From Bdellovibrionales bacterium (GTDB taxonomy: Bacteria > Bdellovibrionota > Bdellovibrionia > Bdellovibrionales > UBA1609), in assembly GCA_050250515.1 (NCBI GenBank), contig JBFWON010000005.1, positions 968 to 64,967 of the forward strand: a stretch of 64,000 nt of DNA. Direction: 5' to 3'. The notes under the pieces were generated by a model. That model did not search any database. It was not told where the DNA came from and saw only the letters and a list, made by a program, of their open reading frames with translations. Position numbers and translations under genes: made by a program. Shown piece by piece: positions 49,101 to 57,754 of the stretch; the first letter of the stretch is position 1; the number at the start of each line of letters is the position of its first letter.

Positions 49101-49297
49101 CGGTCATAGGAGGGTTGATCAGCTCAACTCTGCTGACCCTTCTCGTTGTGCCCGCTGCTTACTCTTATTTCGAACGCTTCCGAATCTGGAGTTTATCGCT
49201 CGTGTTACGAATTGTTGGAACAAAACCTAAAGACCATTCTTCTTCGAATGGGAGCAATGGGAAAGGGCATCAGGAGACATTGAATATTCAAGGGTAA
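46127..49297 (+). CDS. RND efflux permease (AcrB/AcrD/AcrF family)
   Basis: 1056 aa. N-terminus IKRPVFITAIVIILLALGYLSLRRMPVDLFPNITFPIVSV. 12 TM helices with two large periplasmic loops. GLLIDDAIVVRENI motif. Confidence 0.92.
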   Translation: MSPADLSIKRPVFITAIVIILLALGYLSLRRMPVDLFPNITFPIVSVSTLYPGAGPEEVETLVSKVLEEEMSTITGIKTLRSTNSEGSSMVIAEFTLETDIKYAEQQIRDRVSSAKRKLPDDIEEPVVRRIDPADQPIVILALTADLPPAELFDLADKSIKSKIEQVNQVGLVEVIGGREREIHVELDRKKLKSYEISATSVVNRIAAAGQNIPAGKVDESKTETVFRTLGEFKTIKDISSVIVSFLGNDVPVTVGDVGRVSDTVQDEKSRAYVNGERSVFMMVFRQSGANTIAVADAVRARVDKLNSELKNAKVTLVRDGSKMIRANVADVYEAIIIGIILTIIVVYFFLGSGRSTFITGLALPTSLIGAFFLMSVAGFTINVMSLLALSLAVGLLIDDAIVVRENIFRHTEMGKDPIRAASEGTKEVLLAVIATTLAVIAVFAPIGFLSGVVGQFFKEFGLTVCFAMAISLFDAVTNAPMLSAYFAGTSHGPKDSPGLWGRTVGRLVGQFDRFQTWLENRYENVLHWTLAHPLIVIGSSVLIFVFSLWTIKFIPKTFLPAQDMGEFSVSLDMPPGTSIGAMAEVATEVDKTMRANAEVAESVMIVGGRTGEANKAQFFVNMVPASQRKINTSDFKDKIREQLKPFAKARPIVKDIDMVMGGQRPFNLNIIGTDLAAIEDVSNQMFERLKKHPALKDVDISYRPGKPEFQVVPDKLRAERLGVATLTMGQELRTQVEGTKAAVFREKGEEYDIRVRLQEDQRNLKAAFESTFVPNVNQSLVRLSSVANPNETTGPANITRQDRGRYIQIAADIAPKGPGMGAVMTDIEKIFSEEIKLQPGMRYAFVGQAENFQELVSSMIAAALLGVLFIYLVLASLYESFVTPFTIMLVLPLAACGAFFGLLIGQESLNIFSMIGCIMLLGVATKNSILLVDYTNQLVGEGMGHAKAVVAAGKVRLRPILMTTFALIAGMLPIAIGLNEASKQRTGMGVAVIGGLISSTLLTLLVVPAAYSYFERFRIWSLSLVLRIVGTKPKDHSSSNGSNGKGHQETLNIQG

Positions 49298-49303
49298 ACT
49301 AAG

Positions 49304-49756
49304 ATGGCAGAGAAAACCTTTTTGCTCCCAGATGACCCTTTTGCAGGCTCGTTTTCGTTCGTCTCCGGAAGCCAACGCTCTGATTTGATTCGTTCTAAAT
49401 ATCGAACCAACGGGGTACGGGATCGAGTTTTTTCCAATGTGTGGTTCGGAAGGCGAGCAGAAGGCCCCCCTGGCCGCGCTCATGGCGGAGCAATCTCGGC
49501 TGTCCTTGATGAAATAATGGGAGCTTCAGTTTGGTTATCGGGTTCCACGGCCTTCACCGCTGAGCTCACGGTAAGGTTTATATCGGGAGTTCCTTTAGTG
49601 ACGCCCCTCCGGGCCGAGGCCCGTGTGATCTCTGTACGAGACAAAAAGATGTGCGCTCAGGCAACACTCAAAATGAGAGATGGAACGCTCCTGGCTGAAG
49701 CTAGCGCAATTTTCATTCGTGCTCCTTTCAATCCACCTAAGCGGAGAAAGAAATGA
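49304..49756 (+). CDS. PaaI-family hotdog-fold thioesterase
   Basis: 150 aa. GRAHGGAISAVLDEIMG...TAELTVRFISGVPL is typical of PaaI/4HBT thioesterases. Confidence 0.7.
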   Translation: MAEKTFLLPDDPFAGSFSFVSGSQRSDLIRSKYRTNGVRDRVFSNVWFGRRAEGPPGRAHGGAISAVLDEIMGASVWLSGSTAFTAELTVRFISGVPLVTPLRAEARVISVRDKKMCAQATLKMRDGTLLAEASAIFIRAPFNPPKRRKK

Positions 49757-50343
49757 ACTCCATTTACGAATTTAGAGTCAAAAATATCCAAGGCCAAGAA
49801 ATTCCACTTGCCGAATACAAAGGACGGGTTCTTCTAATCGTCAACGTTGCATCCAAGTGTGGATTTACCCCGCAATACTCGCAGCTGCAGTCTCTGTTTC
49901 GGAAATATAGGGATCAAGAATTTGTCGTCCTTGGATTTCCTTCTAATGACTTCCTTAAACAGGAACCTGGGTCAAACGCGGAGATCCTTGAATTTTGCGA
50001 AACTCAGTTTGGAGTTGAGTTTCCACTTTTCGAAAAAATTAGCGTTTCCGGGCCTCAGATTCACCCGCTGTATCAATTTCTCACATCTTTTAAGTCTCAT
50101 GCTCTTAATGAGCCTGGAAGCAAGTTGCGATCAGACCTTAGGTCTCTTGGAATCAATCCTGGGCGCGCTTCCGATGTCCTTTGGAACTTCGAAAAGTTTC
50201 TTGTCGCCAGAGACGGCAAAGTGACAGGCCGGTTTGCACCTGATGTCGACCCTACAAGCCAGTTGCTGACAGATGCCATTGAAAAGGAGTTGAAGGGGGG
50301 AAGGGACTTAAAAAAGGGGAAAGTTAGCAGCCGTCTTCACTAA
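49753..50343 (+). CDS. glutathione peroxidase (second copy, with insertion and C-terminal extension)
   Basis: LIVNVASKCGFTPQYSQLQ...LGFPSNDFLKQEPG...WNFEKFLVARDG. 4-nt overlap with the thioesterase gene. Confidence 0.8.
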   Translation: MNSIYEFRVKNIQGQEIPLAEYKGRVLLIVNVASKCGFTPQYSQLQSLFRKYRDQEFVVLGFPSNDFLKQEPGSNAEILEFCETQFGVEFPLFEKISVSGPQIHPLYQFLTSFKSHALNEPGSKLRSDLRSLGINPGRASDVLWNFEKFLVARDGKVTGRFAPDVDPTSQLLTDAIEKELKGGRDLKKGKVSSRLH

Positions 50344-51261
50344 TCACTGACGATCCAACAGATTCTCAAGAGCTAACCCGAATGCTATTCGCTCTACTCT
50401 CCGGTCGTATTCAATTAAAGAGTGTCCGTACCCATACTCGTAACTCACTACCCAACGAAGATGATTTCTCCACGGATAACTGTAGGATGCGGCGAGGCTC
50501 AAATATTGTGCACCCACTGGAGTCTGCAGTGAAAACGTATGCTTCATAAAAGACTTACGAAACTCAATCTCTCCAGTTCCTCGAAATCGAAGTAAGTGGG
50601 GATTGTCGTCGGGAGTAGTTTCTGGCAAGCGATACCAAAATGACACCCTGACTAAGAAGCTCGGTTTCACCAAGGCCAGCCTCGCCTGTAGACGATCCCA
50701 ACTTCTTGAAAGAGCCTGAATTTGGCCATTGGACTCGTGAGAATAGCCGACATCGAACGCGACGGCCGTAAATCCAAAATCATTCTGCTTCAGGTCGCGT
50801 TCGAAATAACGAAAAAATACTTCTGGCATGTAATTCGTCTCGCGAAAAGGCTTGGACCAAGCCGTATTGTAAGCCTGCCACCAAGAATGATGAGTATAGG
50901 CAACCATAAAATCCCAATGAGACTCCGCGATCTTGCGCAAAACAGGAACGAGAAAACTAATTTGAAATTCAGCTTCCGTTTTTTCGTAAAAGCTTTTTCC
51001 TTCTTTATGTTCAGCCGTTTCGATCTCTTGATATAGATCCGGATGAGGCGTGGAATTGTGAGAGTAAGGGAAAAAATACGTCCCCTTGTGCGGGAAAAGA
51101 GAATATCTCGAATCGAGTAGCCTATCATATACTGCATCGGGTGGTTGCGATATTGGCGCTACCTCGGCAGGTAAAGGTAAGGCTCTCCCAATGTCTTCGC
51201 TGAAAGACGTGTATGAGTAAAAAGCCGTCGCAATGAGAGAAATAGAAATGAATATTTTCAA
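50344..51261 (-). CDS. pldA: outer-membrane phospholipase A1 (OMPLA)
   Basis: 305 aa. Signal peptide. VGYSHESNG carries the catalytic HxSNG motif. C-terminal beta-barrel. Confidence 0.8.
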   Translation of the reverse strand: MKIFISISLIATAFYSYTSFSEDIGRALPLPAEVAPISQPPDAVYDRLLDSRYSLFPHKGTYFFPYSHNSTPHPDLYQEIETAEHKEGKSFYEKTEAEFQISFLVPVLRKIAESHWDFMVAYTHHSWWQAYNTAWSKPFRETNYMPEVFFRYFERDLKQNDFGFTAVAFDVGYSHESNGQIQALSRSWDRLQARLALVKPSFLVRVSFWYRLPETTPDDNPHLLRFRGTGEIEFRKSFMKHTFSLQTPVGAQYLSLAASYSYPWRNHLRWVVSYEYGYGHSLIEYDRRVERIAFGLALENLLDRQ

Positions 51262-52022
51262 TTTTTCTGTTTTTTGAGAGCGTACCTCAACATAATCTCC
51301 TCAGCGGTATTCACCGTCGATTCAGAAATTTCCCAAAGGTTACTTCTGGCAACTAGAGGATGAATTTGATGATAAAGTTCTGGATCGATAAACGGTACCA
51401 CTCGATCCTCGAGATATTCCCGCTCTTTTTCTCCGTAAAGGCCTAAAAAAGTTTTGTCGTTAAACCAGGATTCACGATTTTTGTCTGCAATCTTCGACAA
51501 AAGCTCTGGGCTTGGACTGCGTTGCAGAAACTCAAAAAACATTCCGCTTGGGCGCCCGGAGGGGGAAAACCATTCACCGGTGAACACTTGAATGACATCG
51601 TCGCTATCATCTCGAAGAATTGGAGTTATGAAGTTAACACCTCGATCACTTGCGTGCTTGTGAAAGGCTATTAAATCCGGCGTGCGAAGCGCTATATGTT
51701 GCCAATGTGCCTCCGAACCTCGCTGACTCAAAATTGTCCGTACATGCGAAGATTGATCCCCAGGTTCGGATGGTTGAACAACGGCTATATTAACTGCATC
51801 TAATTCTGAAGCCGCCTCGGGATGGTTGCCAACTTGCATAGCGAAAGTGAGGGATTTTTCTTCGGTATCTCGGCTCCACTTCTTTCGCTTTTCATAAATC
51901 ATGTGAATCGGTTCGCAACCGAAAATAGTCCGGAATATCAGATATGAGACATTATATAGGCTGGGGCTAACTAACAAAGTCATATGGTCGACTTTAAAAT
52001 TCAGAAAATCAGGTCGTTTCAC
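51258..52022 (-). CDS. VOC-fold protein, 4-hydroxyphenylpyruvate-dioxygenase-like
   Basis: 254 aa. WQHIALRTPDL...GVNFITP...GMFFEFLQR resembles the HPPD C-terminal module (HIA...FFExIQR). Its stop overlaps the pldA start by 4 nt. Confidence 0.55.
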   Translation of the reverse strand: MKRPDFLNFKVDHMTLLVSPSLYNVSYLIFRTIFGCEPIHMIYEKRKKWSRDTEEKSLTFAMQVGNHPEAASELDAVNIAVVQPSEPGDQSSHVRTILSQRGSEAHWQHIALRTPDLIAFHKHASDRGVNFITPILRDDSDDVIQVFTGEWFSPSGRPSGMFFEFLQRSPSPELLSKIADKNRESWFNDKTFLGLYGEKEREYLEDRVVPFIDPELYHQIHPLVARSNLWEISESTVNTAEEIMLRYALKKQKN

Positions 52023-52111
52023 GGCTCCCCCTTTGCGTAGTGCGTAGGCTGAACGTTCATTGGTTCATCAAAATGAGAAACTGATTCGTTTTGACTCTGG
52101 TTTTTCGTATA

Positions 52112-52156
52112 GTTGACATATCAACCTTTGTGAAATATATTGGTTGATATGTTAAC
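52112..52156. promoter_or_regulatory. pair of inverted 14-bp operator-like sites
   Basis: GTTGACATATCAAC (52112-52125) and GTTGATATGTTAAC (52143-52156) match in 13 of 14 positions as reverse complements. The first covers the -35 element and the second covers the start codon. This is a typical MarR autoregulation layout. Confidence 0.45.
52113..52141 (+). promoter_or_regulatory. near-consensus sigma70 promoter of the marR-emrAB-tolC operon
   Basis: TTGACA (52113-52118), a 17-nt spacer, then TATATT (52136-52141). The expected transcription start near 52148 abuts ATG 52149, implying a leaderless or near-leaderless first gene. Confidence 0.55.
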
Positions 52157-52607
52157 TAATGTCAAGTTGCTAGAACAATTTGGAAGAGTCCGGCGCTCTT
52201 TGGGGCGGGCGGCCAGCCCCTTAATTCGAGAGCTTGGTATAGGCCCCAAACAATTGGTGGCCGTGAGGTTAATCGGAAAGTTCGACGAATGTTCGATGCT
52301 CGAAATTGCCGATGGCACAAATAGCGACAAGGCTTCCGTTACGCGGATGATCACTTCTCTCGTCGACTCAGGTTGGCTTCAGCGGCGCCCTGGAAAGCTA
52401 GATCGTCGACAAACGATGATATCTCTGTCCCCGAAGGGCCGGAGGAATTTGCTCAAGATTGAACAAGTCTACGGTCGCATTGCCGACATGTTCGTAGCTT
52501 CTTTATCTAAGGAAGAGAGTCAGCAATTGTCTGTTCTCTTCACCAAAATTGAAATGGATTGCAATGCTCAATTGAACTTGATCGGCCAAGTGGCTTCGGA
52601 GATTTAA
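52149..52607 (+). CDS. MarR-family transcriptional regulator
   Basis: LGIGPKQLVAVRLIGKFDECSMLEIADGTNSDKASVTRMITSLVDSGWLQRRPGKLDRRQTMISLSPKG is a MarR winged helix. The track start TTG 52140 lies inside the -10 element, so I prefer ATG 52149. Confidence 0.8.
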   Translation: MLTNVKLLEQFGRVRRSLGRAASPLIRELGIGPKQLVAVRLIGKFDECSMLEIADGTNSDKASVTRMITSLVDSGWLQRRPGKLDRRQTMISLSPKGRRNLLKIEQVYGRIADMFVASLSKEESQQLSVLFTKIEMDCNAQLNLIGQVASEI

Positions 52608-53470
52608 TGGTGAACCATAGTGCGACTGCAGAAGATCTAGAGGGGATTAAAATTGGACCTTTAAAGTGGTGGCAGAGCAGCCGGGCGAAAAAAACGGGAC
52701 TGGTTTTGTCGGCGGTTGCCATTGCAGGAATTCTTATCTGGCGATTTGCATTTTATCCTTATGTCTCTACGGACGATGCGCGGGTCGCGATGACCGTCGT
52801 TAGGGTGGCTCCATCTGGCACAGGGGGACGAGTAATTAAGGTCAATGCAACGGAAGGCCAAGGCGTTAAATCAGGCGATCTTTTGGTTGAGATTGATCAT
52901 CGGATTCCGCAGGCTCGGCTCAATAGGGCAAAAGCAAAAGCGGAACTCGCTCGTCGGGAACTCGACCGGATGGAGCTTTTGGCGAAGCAGAACTCCATTA
53001 CTCCACAAAACCTAGACGTGTCTCGTGCAAGTTACGAGTCCGCGGCTGCGGAGTTGCAAGAGGCAGAAGTCACCCTAGAGAACACTTCGCTTAATAGTCC
53101 GTTTGATGGAGTTGTGATTCAAAAAGTGGCTGAAGTGGGAAATATTCTCGAGCCCGGACAGACCGCCCTCTCGGTTGCCGATGTTAAGAATGCTTGGATA
53201 TCCGCAAATGTTGAGGAGACTTCCGTAGGTCTGGTCAAAACCGGCCAACCAGTCACGATCGAGATCGATGAAGGCGGATCGATGCGTGGACGCGTCACCG
53301 AGATTAGGTCTGCGACAGCCGCTCAGTTTGCACTCATTCCCAGCGACAACGCCTCCGGAAATTTTACCAAAGTCGTTCAAAGGATTCCGATCAAGGTAGC
53401 ACTTGAGCCAGATCAAGCGAAATCCCTAAGAGTAGGGCAGTCGGTAGTAATAAAAATTCGAGTCCACTAA
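52607..53470 (+). CDS. HlyD/EmrA-family periplasmic adaptor
   Basis: ATG 52607 overlaps the marR stop (TAATG). TM anchor, then the pattern VSTDDARV...I.V..GQ.VK.GDLLVEIDHR..., a coiled coil and FTKVVQRIPIKV. Confidence 0.85.
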   Translation: MVNHSATAEDLEGIKIGPLKWWQSSRAKKTGLVLSAVAIAGILIWRFAFYPYVSTDDARVAMTVVRVAPSGTGGRVIKVNATEGQGVKSGDLLVEIDHRIPQARLNRAKAKAELARRELDRMELLAKQNSITPQNLDVSRASYESAAAELQEAEVTLENTSLNSPFDGVVIQKVAEVGNILEPGQTALSVADVKNAWISANVEETSVGLVKTGQPVTIEIDEGGSMRGRVTEIRSATAAQFALIPSDNASGNFTKVVQRIPIKVALEPDQAKSLRVGQSVVIKIRVH

Positions 53471-55035
53471 TGGCAAAAACAAACGCGCTCGAGAAAAATT
53501 ATAAGTGGCGCGTTCTGCTGGTCGTGATGATCGGCACCATGATGGCGGCACTTGATACCAGCATCGTCAATGTCTCTATTCCAGCGATCATGGCCGACTT
53601 CGGTGCAAGTCTCGACGACATCGAATGGGTCGTCACAGGCTACATGCTTGCCTTCGCGGCTCTCATGCCCCTTACGGCCTGGTTTCGCGAACGTGTGGGT
53701 CATCGCCTGCTATATGTGGGTAGCTTGATCGTTTTCACTGTGGGATCGGTGCTATGTGGTCTAGCTTGGGATACCCCTTCGTTGGTGTTTGCGCGAGTGC
53801 TTCAAGCTATTGGAGGGGGCGCATTAACCCCCACTGGAATGGCCATGATCTCCGAGGTGTTCGAACCCCATGAGCGTGGCCGCGCGATGGGGTACTGGGG
53901 GATTGGAGTCATTCTTGGACCGGCGTTCGGTCCTACCCTCGGAGGCTATCTGACCAAAGTTTTTGGATGGCCTTCAATTTTTCTCATTAACTTGCCCATT
54001 GGCGTTTTAGGAGCCTGGTTTGCCCTAAAAGTTCTAGCCGCGGACAAGCCTCACGCGGATTCGCACCGGCCGTTTGACGGATGGGGATTTGCTTTTCTTA
54101 CGGTATTTCTGATTTCATTCTTATTCGGGATTTCAAAAGGCGAGCATGAAGGCTGGACATCACCTCTAATCGTCTGGTGCGGGATATTGTCTTTTTTCAG
54201 TTTCGTCTTATTTCTTCTTATTGAATCACTTACCCCGCACAGGATTATCGACATCGAGCTCTTTAAATATCCTGTGTTCACGGTGAGTATGATTCTAACG
54301 GCTACTCGTTCCATGGCTTTGTTCGGCGGGGTGTTTTTACTTCCGGTATTTTTACAGCAGATTAAGGGCCTAGACGAAATCGAATCCGGGCTGATTCTTC
54401 TCCCTGGGTCGCTCATCATTGGATTCTTCATGCCATTGGCCGGCCGAATGAGTGAGAAGGTGGGGCCTAGGTATCTCGCGGTTGTTGGTTTGATCGCCCT
54501 TGCCATATTTATGTACCTCTATAAGGACATTAATGCCGACACAAGCAATTGGGCCATCATCTTTCCCACTCTGGTGCGGGGATTTGGTATTTCCTTTTTA
54601 ATGGCTCCGCTAATGGCGACGATGATGAATGCCGTTCCCAAACACAAGGCGGGAATGGCTTCTTCAATGATGAACATCGTGCAACAGGTGGGCGGATCTT
54701 TAGGTATTGCCGTTTTGGCCACCGTGCTTAGCAATCGGGTACATCATCATTTGGGTGTGGCTGGGACGCTGATGAGTTCCGGCTCGCCAACTTTTTTGAC
54801 AGGATTGAAAAATTTAACTGAGAGAGCCCATGAAGTTGGATACTCGCTCCGCCAATCTGCCGTAATTGCGAAAACTGTTTTGGCGAAAGCCGGTGCGACC
54901 CGAGCCGCGGAACATGCCTTTCAAGACTCGTTTTTGGTAGGATCACTGATCGTCGCGGCTACAATTCTACCCGCTTTTCTTTTGCCTAGTGATCCTCCCA
55001 AACATAAATCCGAAGAGCCTCTCATTATGGAGTAA
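53470..55035 (+). CDS. DHA2-family MFS efflux permease (EmrB/QacA/FarB-like, 14 TM)
   Basis: 521 aa. The N-terminus LLVVMIGTMMAALDTSIVNVSIPAIMADFGAS...WVVTGYMLA is characteristic of EmrB-type pumps. Confidence 0.9.
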   Translation: MAKTNALEKNYKWRVLLVVMIGTMMAALDTSIVNVSIPAIMADFGASLDDIEWVVTGYMLAFAALMPLTAWFRERVGHRLLYVGSLIVFTVGSVLCGLAWDTPSLVFARVLQAIGGGALTPTGMAMISEVFEPHERGRAMGYWGIGVILGPAFGPTLGGYLTKVFGWPSIFLINLPIGVLGAWFALKVLAADKPHADSHRPFDGWGFAFLTVFLISFLFGISKGEHEGWTSPLIVWCGILSFFSFVLFLLIESLTPHRIIDIELFKYPVFTVSMILTATRSMALFGGVFLLPVFLQQIKGLDEIESGLILLPGSLIIGFFMPLAGRMSEKVGPRYLAVVGLIALAIFMYLYKDINADTSNWAIIFPTLVRGFGISFLMAPLMATMMNAVPKHKAGMASSMMNIVQQVGGSLGIAVLATVLSNRVHHHLGVAGTLMSSGSPTFLTGLKNLTERAHEVGYSLRQSAVIAKTVLAKAGATRAAEHAFQDSFLVGSLIVAATILPAFLLPSDPPKHKSEEPLIME

Positions 55036-55037
55036 TT

Positions 55038-56363
55038 GTGACGAGAAAAATAATGATCGACCATTTTATCGCGATGCTGTCCATTGGGATACTTATTAAC
55101 TTTGAGGCAAATGCCCAATCGATTTCGCTGGCAGATGCTCAAAAAATTGCTTTGGAAAATAGTCCACGAATTTTAGAGATGGCCGCAGATGTTGAAATTT
55201 CGCGCGCCAAAGTACAAAAGGCACTGGCACCCCAGCTTCCTCAAGTATTCCTATCTGGTCGACATCTTTTGGATGAAAAATTTCAGGTTATGGAAATAAA
55301 TTTGGGTCCCCAGCCGACCGAATTTCCCTTGCAGCAACCGTATTCGTTGATAACACTTGGCGCGAGTCTAACGATATTCGACGGTTTTGGCACCGTTAAC
55401 TCCTACCGGGCGGCCCGGTTTGAACGTTCAGCGAAGGAGTTGGAATTTGATTTCGCTAGGTTCGAAATTGAACATAAAGTTCGCATTCAGTTTTTCAAGG
55501 CACTCGGGGCTCAGGCCCTCGTAGTTGTTTCAAAGCAAAATGTCGAAGCTCTTGAAGCACATCTTGAAGATGTGAAGCATCTTATCAGAGGCGGAGTTGC
55601 AACCCGGCTTGATTTGTTAAAAGTCGAAGTTCAGTGGGAAGATGCAAAAAATGAATTGCTCGCGGCCGAGGACGACGCCGCTTTATCCATAGCCGAGCTT
55701 TCAAAATTGGTGGGACTAAACTCTTTGAGCGGCGATTTGAGAGGAGAACTTCCGACGCTTGATCCTGATTTAGCAAAAAAAATCGAAACACCTTTTCCAG
55801 AGAGATTGGACCGGCAGGCCCTCGTATCCAGGGAATCTTCCGCGCTGCTTAAAGCAAGTGCGGCGAAGGCTCTCTGGTTCCCTAAAATTCAGGTTTTTGG
55901 GCAGCAGGAATGGTACAATTTTTCAAACCCTGATTTAGGAGCAGATTCCAAATTCCGAGATGCCTACAGTGTAGGTGTAGGATTAAGTTGGAGCCTTTTT
56001 GATGGCGGAGCTTCTATGGCGGATCGCCGCGTCGCTGCGGAAGAGATAACCAAATCGCAACAAAATCTGCGGGCCCTCGATCAGTCCATTCCACTCGATG
56101 TTAATTTTTGGCGTCGTAAATTTGTGCACGTTATTGCCGTTTATAAGTCCGCCCTGAACGGCATAAAAAAATCTGAAGAGGCTCTTCGACTCGCTAAGGC
56201 TGCTGTGAGGGCTGGAACGCGCACCACGACAGATGTTCTAGATGCCGAGCATGATTTGAATATCGCCAGAGCCAAGGTCGTACATGCGCAGGTTGATGCG
56301 GTGGAATCAGTCTCGAAACTGGAGATCGCCGTAGGTAAAGACTTAAATTTAATCAAATTCTAA
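55038..56363 (+). CDS. TolC-family outer-membrane efflux protein
   Basis: 441 aa. GTG start 2 nt after the emrB-like stop. Two OEP repeats. Confidence 0.8.
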   Translation: MTRKIMIDHFIAMLSIGILINFEANAQSISLADAQKIALENSPRILEMAADVEISRAKVQKALAPQLPQVFLSGRHLLDEKFQVMEINLGPQPTEFPLQQPYSLITLGASLTIFDGFGTVNSYRAARFERSAKELEFDFARFEIEHKVRIQFFKALGAQALVVVSKQNVEALEAHLEDVKHLIRGGVATRLDLLKVEVQWEDAKNELLAAEDDAALSIAELSKLVGLNSLSGDLRGELPTLDPDLAKKIETPFPERLDRQALVSRESSALLKASAAKALWFPKIQVFGQQEWYNFSNPDLGADSKFRDAYSVGVGLSWSLFDGGASMADRRVAAEEITKSQQNLRALDQSIPLDVNFWRRKFVHVIAVYKSALNGIKKSEEALRLAKAAVRAGTRTTTDVLDAEHDLNIARAKVVHAQVDAVESVSKLEIAVGKDLNLIKF

Positions 56364-56581
56364 ACCGATAAGCCCTTCGTTGCTTCGTTGTGGCTCTCTA
56401 GCCGTCCTTATAAAACCGATCCATGTTCACCGAAATTGAACGATGATTTAACTATCTTGATGAGTCTTAATAGTTGTGAACTTAGGCTGCTGAAAAATTC
56501 ACAATTCGATCGAGTACGGTGGTAGTTGGGACGGTAAAGTAGACTTTCTCGCGTACCTTTGCTATTAAACACATAATATTT

Positions 56582-57754
56582 ATGGAAAAGCTGTCGCTGC
56601 GCTCCTCAAGCTTCCTGTCTGGAGATTCCATTCCCGATTCTCTCCACAGCCTTTATTACGTTCTTGAGTTTATGCGAACCGGAATTATCGTCTGCGAAGC
56701 GCCGTCTGGCAAAGTGGTTTACCACAATCAGGAGGCGGAAAATCTCATTGGTCATTCCATCGGTGAAATCTTATCCTGTTCTGAATTCGAAAATTACGGC
56801 GGAATCCACGCAGACGGGAGTAAATATCGGGCAGACGAATACCCCAATGCCAAAGTAATTATGCACGGCGAGACCGTTATAAATCAGGATTTGCTCTATA
56901 AAGTTCCCTCAGGAAAAGTTGTTTGGTTAAGAGCGTCCGCGATACCTATTCGAGACAGCTCAGGTATAGTTCGCCTTGCGGTGTGCACCTTTCATGACAT
57001 TTCAAACGAGAAAAAATTTGAGAGGGAACTTTCGGAGGTAAACAAGGAACTCAAGCGCTCCAATGATGAGTTAAGCGTATTTGCGTCCGTAGCCGCTCAT
57101 GATATCAAGTCGCCTCTGAATACCATTTCAGGTTACTTGGAAATAGTTAGGTCCGAGCTTCCAGGTCATGTTTCCGATTTATGTCGGTCCCACCTCGAAT
57201 CTATTTCAAAATCTGCGGATAGAGCTCGATACCTTGTGGATCAGTTGCTTGCTTTATCTAGAGCTGGGGGCGAGAAGGATATTAAATTCTCAAAAGTTGA
57301 CCTGAATAAAGTTCTGACTGTTGCCAGGGAAAATTTAGCTCAAGAGATTAAGGCCTCTGATGGAGCCATTCATGCCGAGCCCCTGCCGATGGTGATGGGG
57401 GTTGAAGCTGATTTAGTTCGGCTATTTCAAAATTTAATCTGCAATAGTTTGAAATTTCGAGGCAATCAAAAGCCCACCGTCCATGTAAGCGCCTCCTCGG
57501 AAGACGGTTGGGCTAAAATACTTTATCAAGACAATGGGAATGGAATTTCCAAAGCAGATCTTCCTTTGATATTTTTGCCCTTTAAGAGAGCTGCATCCTC
57601 GTCCGGAAGCGGTTTAGGTCTCTCGATTTGCTCTAAAATTGTTGAGCGCCATGGCGGCCAGATATGCGTTCGTTCCGAGATTGGTGTGGGAACAGCCTTC
57701 GATTTCACTTTGAGAATTTTTAACGAGCTCCCTTCAGATAAGGCTGATACTTAG
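56582..57754 (+). CDS. PAS-domain sensor histidine kinase (orphan)
   Basis: 390 aa. PAS domain (GIIVCEAPSGKVVYHNQEAENLIG). H-box FASVAAHDIKSPLN. N, G1 and G2 boxes (LICNSLKF, DNGNGI, GSGLGLSIC). There is no adjacent response regulator. Confidence 0.85.
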   Translation: MEKLSLRSSSFLSGDSIPDSLHSLYYVLEFMRTGIIVCEAPSGKVVYHNQEAENLIGHSIGEILSCSEFENYGGIHADGSKYRADEYPNAKVIMHGETVINQDLLYKVPSGKVVWLRASAIPIRDSSGIVRLAVCTFHDISNEKKFERELSEVNKELKRSNDELSVFASVAAHDIKSPLNTISGYLEIVRSELPGHVSDLCRSHLESISKSADRARYLVDQLLALSRAGGEKDIKFSKVDLNKVLTVARENLAQEIKASDGAIHAEPLPMVMGVEADLVRLFQNLICNSLKFRGNQKPTVHVSASSEDGWAKILYQDNGNGISKADLPLIFLPFKRAASSSGSGLGLSICSKIVERHGGQICVRSEIGVGTAFDFTLRIFNELPSDKADT

